IMG/VR virus record: IMGVR_UViG_3300027797_000064
Location: 1 to 36,720 of that record
Length of the DNA stretch: 36,720 nucleotides
Source: a virus
Lineage: Duplodnaviria > Caudoviricetes
Strand: one strand, 5' to 3'
Below the pieces are notes generated by a model, which saw nothing but the letters and a program-made list of their open reading frames with translations, was not told where the DNA came from and did not search any database. Positions 31,965-36,720 of the stretch are shown here, piece after piece. The translations under genes and the position numbers were made by a program. The number at the start of each line of letters is the position of its first letter. Positions within the stretch are counted from its first letter, which is position 1.

Positions 31965-34568
31965 ATGTCTGAGCAGATGAACTTTCAGATCACGGCGCAG
32001 AACAATGCCAGTCGCGCCATTAAGGATGTCTCAAGAGACCTAGGTGGACTCAAGGGAGCCTCCCAGCGCGCGGGAATGGGCATCAAAGTCGCCTTTGCCG
32101 CTGCTGGAATTGCCATTGTTGCCGCAACAAAGTTTATTACCGATGCCACAAAGGCGGCAATGGAAGAGGAGAAGGTTAACAAGCGCCTGATCGGAGTTCT
32201 TAAGGCTCGCAACATGGCAACAAAGGAAAGCGTTACCGCCATCATGCAGCAGGTTGAAGCGGGCAAGAAGTTGGCGTTTAGCAGCGACGAAATCAAGTCA
32301 AGCCTTGCAACGATCATCCCATTTGCTAAGGACGCTGGGCAAGCAATTGACATTCAGCGCGCGGCAATGGAAGTTGCGGCTGCCCAGAACATCAGTCTCT
32401 CCAAGGCTTCCATGCTTGTGTCTCGCGCGTTTATTGGGCAAGGCAAATCACTTCAGCGACTTGGTATTCAGACAACCAAGACCACGACAGTCACTAAGCG
32501 AGTACGAGTTGAGAACGCCAAGTGGGGCGCTTCGTACAAGACCGTAACCAAAAATGTCAAAGAGGTAGTCAAGGGTCAGGGAGTCCTTGACATGATCATG
32601 CAGAAGTACGGCGGTACGGCTGCTGAGTCCGCGAAGGGCGTGGAGAAGCAATTTAAAATCTTCCACAGCACGGTTGGCGACCTAAAGCAAGAATTTGGTC
32701 GCGCGTTCCTCCCTATTGCGCTCAAGATTGCTCAGACGCTCAATAAGGACATCCTCCCGCAGATCAAGCCAGTCATTACGGGCGTGGCAGCGTTTATCAC
32801 GGAGAAGATTCCTAAGTTCCTTGCCGAGATTGACCCAATTATTAAGAAGATTGCAGGACCGGGTGGTCTTGTTGAGGGCTTCCTAAAGATGGCTAAAGCG
32901 GTGTGGGGAGTTAACGGCGAAGGACCTCTTGGCAAGGCAATGAGCGCGCTTGGAGAACTTGTTAAGGAAATCTTGGGCATGGCAAATAGCGTCATTTCGT
33001 TTATTACTGGAAGCCCAACAGGCAGCGGTCCAACCTACACGGGCATCCAATACGGCTCAACCAACCCTGAGTTCATGCCACAGCCGGGTCGCGGTCCACA
33101 GTCTTCAAGTAAAAACATTAGCCTTGGTGGAATCCCGCTGATTGGTACTGCGCTGGATTCTGCTGGCGTTGGAGTAAACCGACAAGGAGCGCAAACTGCC
33201 GCAGTTGCCACAATCGGCGGCGCTCTTCTCTCTAAGTTGCTATTCAAGAAGATGCCGGGTCTTGGCATGCTTGCTTCTCTTGGTCTCGGTGGATACATGG
33301 CGGGAGGAGCAGACTCAGGAACATCAGCCATGGACACGCTTGGACTCTTTGCGGGTGGCGCGGGTACGCTTCAGGCGTTGAGTTTCTTTGGCGGTATGCG
33401 TGGCGGTGGCGGTGGTAAGGGTATGCCGACAATGCCAAGCGCAGGTGGCGGCAAGCCCGGAATCTTTGGTCGGCTAGGTGGCGCGTTGCTGCCATCGTTC
33501 TTGCGACCAAAGGGGGTAGGCGGAGTTGCCGCAGCGGGCGCTGGCGCTCTCGGCGGCATGGGCGCAATGAGCATGAGTGCAAACACGGTCTACCTCAACG
33601 CCGCATCGGTTGTCGGTGGTGGCATGGGTATGCCTATGGGCGGTGCTGGTATGGGCATGGGCGCAATGCAAGGACCGCCAGTTCCCCCGGGATTGTCGCG
33701 CAAACCCGGCATCTTTAACCGCATCTCCCAAGGGTTTAGCAATTGGAAGGGCGCGATTACTGGCTCTAGCCAGTTCGGCAGACTTGCTCGCTTCGCTGGA
33801 GCGGTTGGCTCTGTCGGGTCTATGGTGGCGCAGAGGACAGGTATCTCAACCCTCGCAAGCGGAATTAAGGGAGTTGGCGGTTCAGCCATTGGCGCAGTTA
33901 AGGGTGCAGGTTCGGCGGTCGCTGGAAGGGTTTCTAGCGTTGGCAGTGCAATTGCGTCATCTGGAGTTGGGCGGGCTGCAATGGGTGGGGCAGCGGCAGT
34001 TGGCAAAGGGGCTGGCGCGGTTGGTAAGGGTCTTGGCGTTGTTGGTAAGGGATTGGGCGCGGTTGGAAAGGTAGCCTCTACTGGACTTAAGGCGGTTGGC
34101 GCAGGGGTTCCTCTCATTGGCGGCATCTTGGCTGGTGCAAACGCTCTTGCCGAAGGTAATGGCGTAGGTCAGGCGATTGGTAAGGGAGTTGGCAGCGCGG
34201 CTGGTACGGCAATTGGTGCTGGACTCCTGTCGTGGATTCCTATTGCTGGTCCGCTGCTCGGCGGAATGGTCGGTGGCGCAATTGGCGAGGCTATTGGTGG
34301 GGCTATTGGCGAAGCAGTTGACGGCATTGGCACGCCGACAGGACCGACAGGAACGCAGCAATACACTTACGACCAGTACGAAGCGGGCAAATACAAGGAC
34401 GGAAAGTATGTCGGTAACGCCATTGCCCAGTATTACTCAGCCTCAGCCCTTAACGGAGGTCAGGCTCCGCAGGTAACAGTTGTACTCAACGACAAGCCGC
34501 TTGACGACATGATTTCAAGGGTTATTGCAAAGACCCCCGGTAAGCCGGGGTCGCGGATTCTTCAGTAA
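31965..34568 (+). CDS. Tape measure protein
   Basis: FQITAQNNASRAI N-terminus, Ala/Lys helical region, Gly-rich hydrophobic C-terminal half; position. Confidence 0.88.
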   Translation: MSEQMNFQITAQNNASRAIKDVSRDLGGLKGASQRAGMGIKVAFAAAGIAIVAATKFITDATKAAMEEEKVNKRLIGVLKARNMATKESVTAIMQQVEAGKKLAFSSDEIKSSLATIIPFAKDAGQAIDIQRAAMEVAAAQNISLSKASMLVSRAFIGQGKSLQRLGIQTTKTTTVTKRVRVENAKWGASYKTVTKNVKEVVKGQGVLDMIMQKYGGTAAESAKGVEKQFKIFHSTVGDLKQEFGRAFLPIALKIAQTLNKDILPQIKPVITGVAAFITEKIPKFLAEIDPIIKKIAGPGGLVEGFLKMAKAVWGVNGEGPLGKAMSALGELVKEILGMANSVISFITGSPTGSGPTYTGIQYGSTNPEFMPQPGRGPQSSSKNISLGGIPLIGTALDSAGVGVNRQGAQTAAVATIGGALLSKLLFKKMPGLGMLASLGLGGYMAGGADSGTSAMDTLGLFAGGAGTLQALSFFGGMRGGGGGKGMPTMPSAGGGKPGIFGRLGGALLPSFLRPKGVGGVAAAGAGALGGMGAMSMSANTVYLNAASVVGGGMGMPMGGAGMGMGAMQGPPVPPGLSRKPGIFNRISQGFSNWKGAITGSSQFGRLARFAGAVGSVGSMVAQRTGISTLASGIKGVGGSAIGAVKGAGSAVAGRVSSVGSAIASSGVGRAAMGGAAAVGKGAGAVGKGLGVVGKGLGAVGKVASTGLKAVGAGVPLIGGILAGANALAEGNGVGQAIGKGVGSAAGTAIGAGLLSWIPIAGPLLGGMVGGAIGEAIGGAIGEAVDGIGTPTGPTGTQQYTYDQYEAGKYKDGKYVGNAIAQYYSASALNGGQAPQVTVVLNDKPLDDMISRVIAKTPGKPGSRILQ

Positions 34569-36232
34569 TGGCAGTTCCGTACCTCCTCTTTGTTGAAGGC
34601 ATTGTCGGAGCGGGGGTTGTAGACCCAAACGCTGACCCGCTACCCGGCGCTAACGGGCTAGGCACAGCGCGAGACTTGATTGCATTCCCATCTGGGCTAC
34701 AGCAAGACAAACCAAGGGTATCCCTTGAGTCGTTCTCCATCACCACATCAGGCTCTGGCACGGCTGCAAACATGGCGTTTACTATTACTCAGCCCGATGT
34801 CAGTACGGCATTTACGGTCACTGGAGTATCTGGAAACGGCACAACGGTCACCTATACGGCTGCAAACACCTTGTCCGTCGGCTCCGTAGTCACCATTACT
34901 GGGGTAACGCCAGTGGCGTACAACCTCACCAAAGTCACGGTAGCCTCGGCTTCCTCAACGCAGTTCACCGTTACAAACGCGGCTACGGGCGCGTACTCAA
35001 GCGGCGGCTCGGTGGCAATCGTTCCATGCTTCATGGCAATGGCGGACACCGCAGTTATTCGGTTCTACGACACACGGCACAGCGCCACACAGCCAATCCT
35101 TCTTGGCTATGTAACAAATGTTCAGGCTCGCATGCGGTCGCTCGGCGTTGAGGTTCAGTTCACAGGGGCAGACCCGATTAACTTCCTAGACAAGATTGTT
35201 GCCCGCAAGGGAAAGATTGGTTCGGGTAGGCAAGCAGTTGGCACGATCTTCCTAAGCAAGACTACCGACAAAGACATCATCAACGAGGTCCTTTACTATG
35301 TTGACCTCCGAAGCGATGCCGCTACGAGGCGGCTAATCAACACATCGGCTATCTCTGGCTCAGGCAAGACAGCAACGCGAGCGGTCTTTGATGCGGGCTA
35401 TGTGGCAAAGACAATCAACTCAGTGGTCAGCAAGGTCGCAGTGTCTACTCTTCGTGGCGCTATGGACACCATTTCCGAGGCGGCTGGAGGGTCAGACACA
35501 GTTGCCCGCAAGTATTGGATTGACGCAAACGGGCGCATTAACTACAGCAAGAAGACCGCCCCAACCTACGCCAATGCTCCCTTTGAGATTGTTACCGACG
35601 CGGCATCCGCCAATCCGACAGGATCAAGCGGAACCACCACAAGCAAGTTAACGGCTACGCAGATGGCAGTTCAATACGACCATGAGCAGATTATTAAGAA
35701 GGTGTTCACGCGATGCGGAGACTTTGACTCCGCCCTAGACGACGCAACCGATCCGTATACCCGTACCTATAACCTCAGCGGTCAATCAGGACCGGGCTTT
35801 ACGACTAGGCAAGGCGCAATCCCCATGGCGCTCGTTGACCTACCCGAAGTTAAGGGCGTAACCAATACAACCAGAGACGACTTCATTGACAAGTTTGGTA
35901 ACGGCATGCTGGCAATGCGCGCTCAACCAATGCGAACAGTCCGCATTACGGTTGCTGGCGCTAACCTGAGTCAAACCTTAAACCCTGCCCATGATTACGG
36001 CTACGCGCAGGGGTACAAGCAGACAGCAGCATCCACCTACATGCTGGCTACGGCAATCCTTCCGGACCAATGGATTAAGGTCACTGCCCCAGCCCTAGGA
36101 ATCGCTGGCGAGTTGCTTAGAATTGAGGCGGTAACATGGTCATTCGCTAAGGGTACGACGGAGGCTACCCTAGAGATTGAGTGCGATTTCCGACGCATTG
36201 GCGGCAAGTGGAATGTAGAGAGGCTGGGCTAA
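34568..36232 (+). CDS. Tail tip/baseplate hub-like protein
   Basis: TAATG-coupled after the tape measure gene; YWIDANGRINY hub-like motif; Thr/Val-rich inserted beta domain. Confidence 0.65.
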   Translation: MAVPYLLFVEGIVGAGVVDPNADPLPGANGLGTARDLIAFPSGLQQDKPRVSLESFSITTSGSGTAANMAFTITQPDVSTAFTVTGVSGNGTTVTYTAANTLSVGSVVTITGVTPVAYNLTKVTVASASSTQFTVTNAATGAYSSGGSVAIVPCFMAMADTAVIRFYDTRHSATQPILLGYVTNVQARMRSLGVEVQFTGADPINFLDKIVARKGKIGSGRQAVGTIFLSKTTDKDIINEVLYYVDLRSDAATRRLINTSAISGSGKTATRAVFDAGYVAKTINSVVSKVAVSTLRGAMDTISEAAGGSDTVARKYWIDANGRINYSKKTAPTYANAPFEIVTDAASANPTGSSGTTTSKLTATQMAVQYDHEQIIKKVFTRCGDFDSALDDATDPYTRTYNLSGQSGPGFTTRQGAIPMALVDLPEVKGVTNTTRDDFIDKFGNGMLAMRAQPMRTVRITVAGANLSQTLNPAHDYGYAQGYKQTAASTYMLATAILPDQWIKVTAPALGIAGELLRIEAVTWSFAKGTTEATLEIECDFRRIGGKWNVERLG

Positions 36233-36720
36233 TGTCACAGAATCTTGGCTCTAACGACGGATCACTAGCCAGTTATAAGGGCGACATCATTGCGGATACC
36301 GACGCTCCGCTGTTGTCTACGGATTCAACGGGCGCAAAGTCCTATGCCCTTGGCTCTTCTTTGTCCGCTGGCATCTACACGATGGTGCAGAACGGAACCT
36401 TTAAGGCAACTCCTCCAGACCCAGACGCAGCCATTGTTGAGCCAGATAACGCCTTGCCATACTTCTCCCTTGAGTCTAACTATGTGTCTGGGGCGCAGAT
36501 TACGGCAACCTCCGTTGAGGATTCTACGGTTGCCTCTGGTCGCAAGATTCGCTTTACCATCCCAGTTGGCACGGCGGTGGGGCAGTATTTGCGATTTGTT
36601 CGCTATGTTGCCATCCCGGGAAGCGTAGCCCGTACCTTTACCTACCAGCCTAGGTCGGCGTGGAAGAGCACGAGTTCAACAACACAGGTTTCCGTGAATC
36701 TACAAGCGCAGTTCTATCAA
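36232..36720 (+). CDS. Tail fibre, 5' part (continues at the window start; not in ORF track)
   Basis: TAATG coupling; MSQNLGSNDGSLASYKGDII... is open to the window end and in frame with ORF 5..1306. Confidence 0.85.
   Translation, partial: MSQNLGSNDGSLASYKGDIIADTDAPLLSTDSTGAKSYALGSSLSAGIYTMVQNGTFKATPPDPDAAIVEPDNALPYFSLESNYVSGAQITATSVEDSTVASGRKIRFTIPVGTAVGQYLRFVRYVAIPGSVARTFTYQPRSAWKSTSSTTQVSVNLQAQFYQ
36585..36720. repeat. Terminal overlap, copy 2 (matches 1-136)
   Basis: 135 of 136 positions identical to 1-136. Confidence 0.97.

Noticed and set aside
33360-34330. Gly-rich repeats in the tape measure gene as a separate repeat element
   Set aside because: Gly/Ala-rich membrane-interacting segments are common in tape measure proteins and there is no DNA-level array.

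Overview
The window appears to be a complete, circularly permuted genome (~36,584 bp) of a tailed, siphovirus-like phage with HK97-type head genes. Positions 36585-36720 repeat positions 1-136 with one synonymous mismatch, and the tail-fibre gene reads through the junction. All credible genes lie on the + strand. Order: tail fibre, membrane/lysis genes, metallophosphoesterase, small early genes, recombination pair (Cas4/RecB-like nuclease plus annealing protein), DNA methyltransferase, replication initiator with iteron-like repeats, resolvase, RlpA-like protein, HNH, terminase subunits, portal, prohead protease, capsid, adaptor, a cargo cassette, tail genes. I recognised no integrase, repressor, DNA polymerase, tRNA or CRISPR array. 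The most notable feature is a 14-residue tag, K-H-[GA]-D-H-[DN]-Q-[SE]-[DE]-H-G-[NS]-W-A, present 12 times in three head-region proteins, each time in front of a separate ~170-285 aa module. The modules are three uncharacterised ones fused to the prohead protease, one HExxH metallopeptidase, and eight in a 1944-aa polyprotein (ParB/Srx-like, six ADP-ribosyltransferases, one GNAT-like). I infer a tag-directed system in which effectors are packaged into the capsid and released by the prohead protease; about 23% of the genome is devoted to it. Other observations: apparent absence of several restriction-type sites, a peptidase-holin fusion, two hairpin-embedded promoters, leaderless promoters bracketing the cassette, and a -1 frameshift signal in the tail chaperone. 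All function calls come from motifs read by eye; no database search was run.
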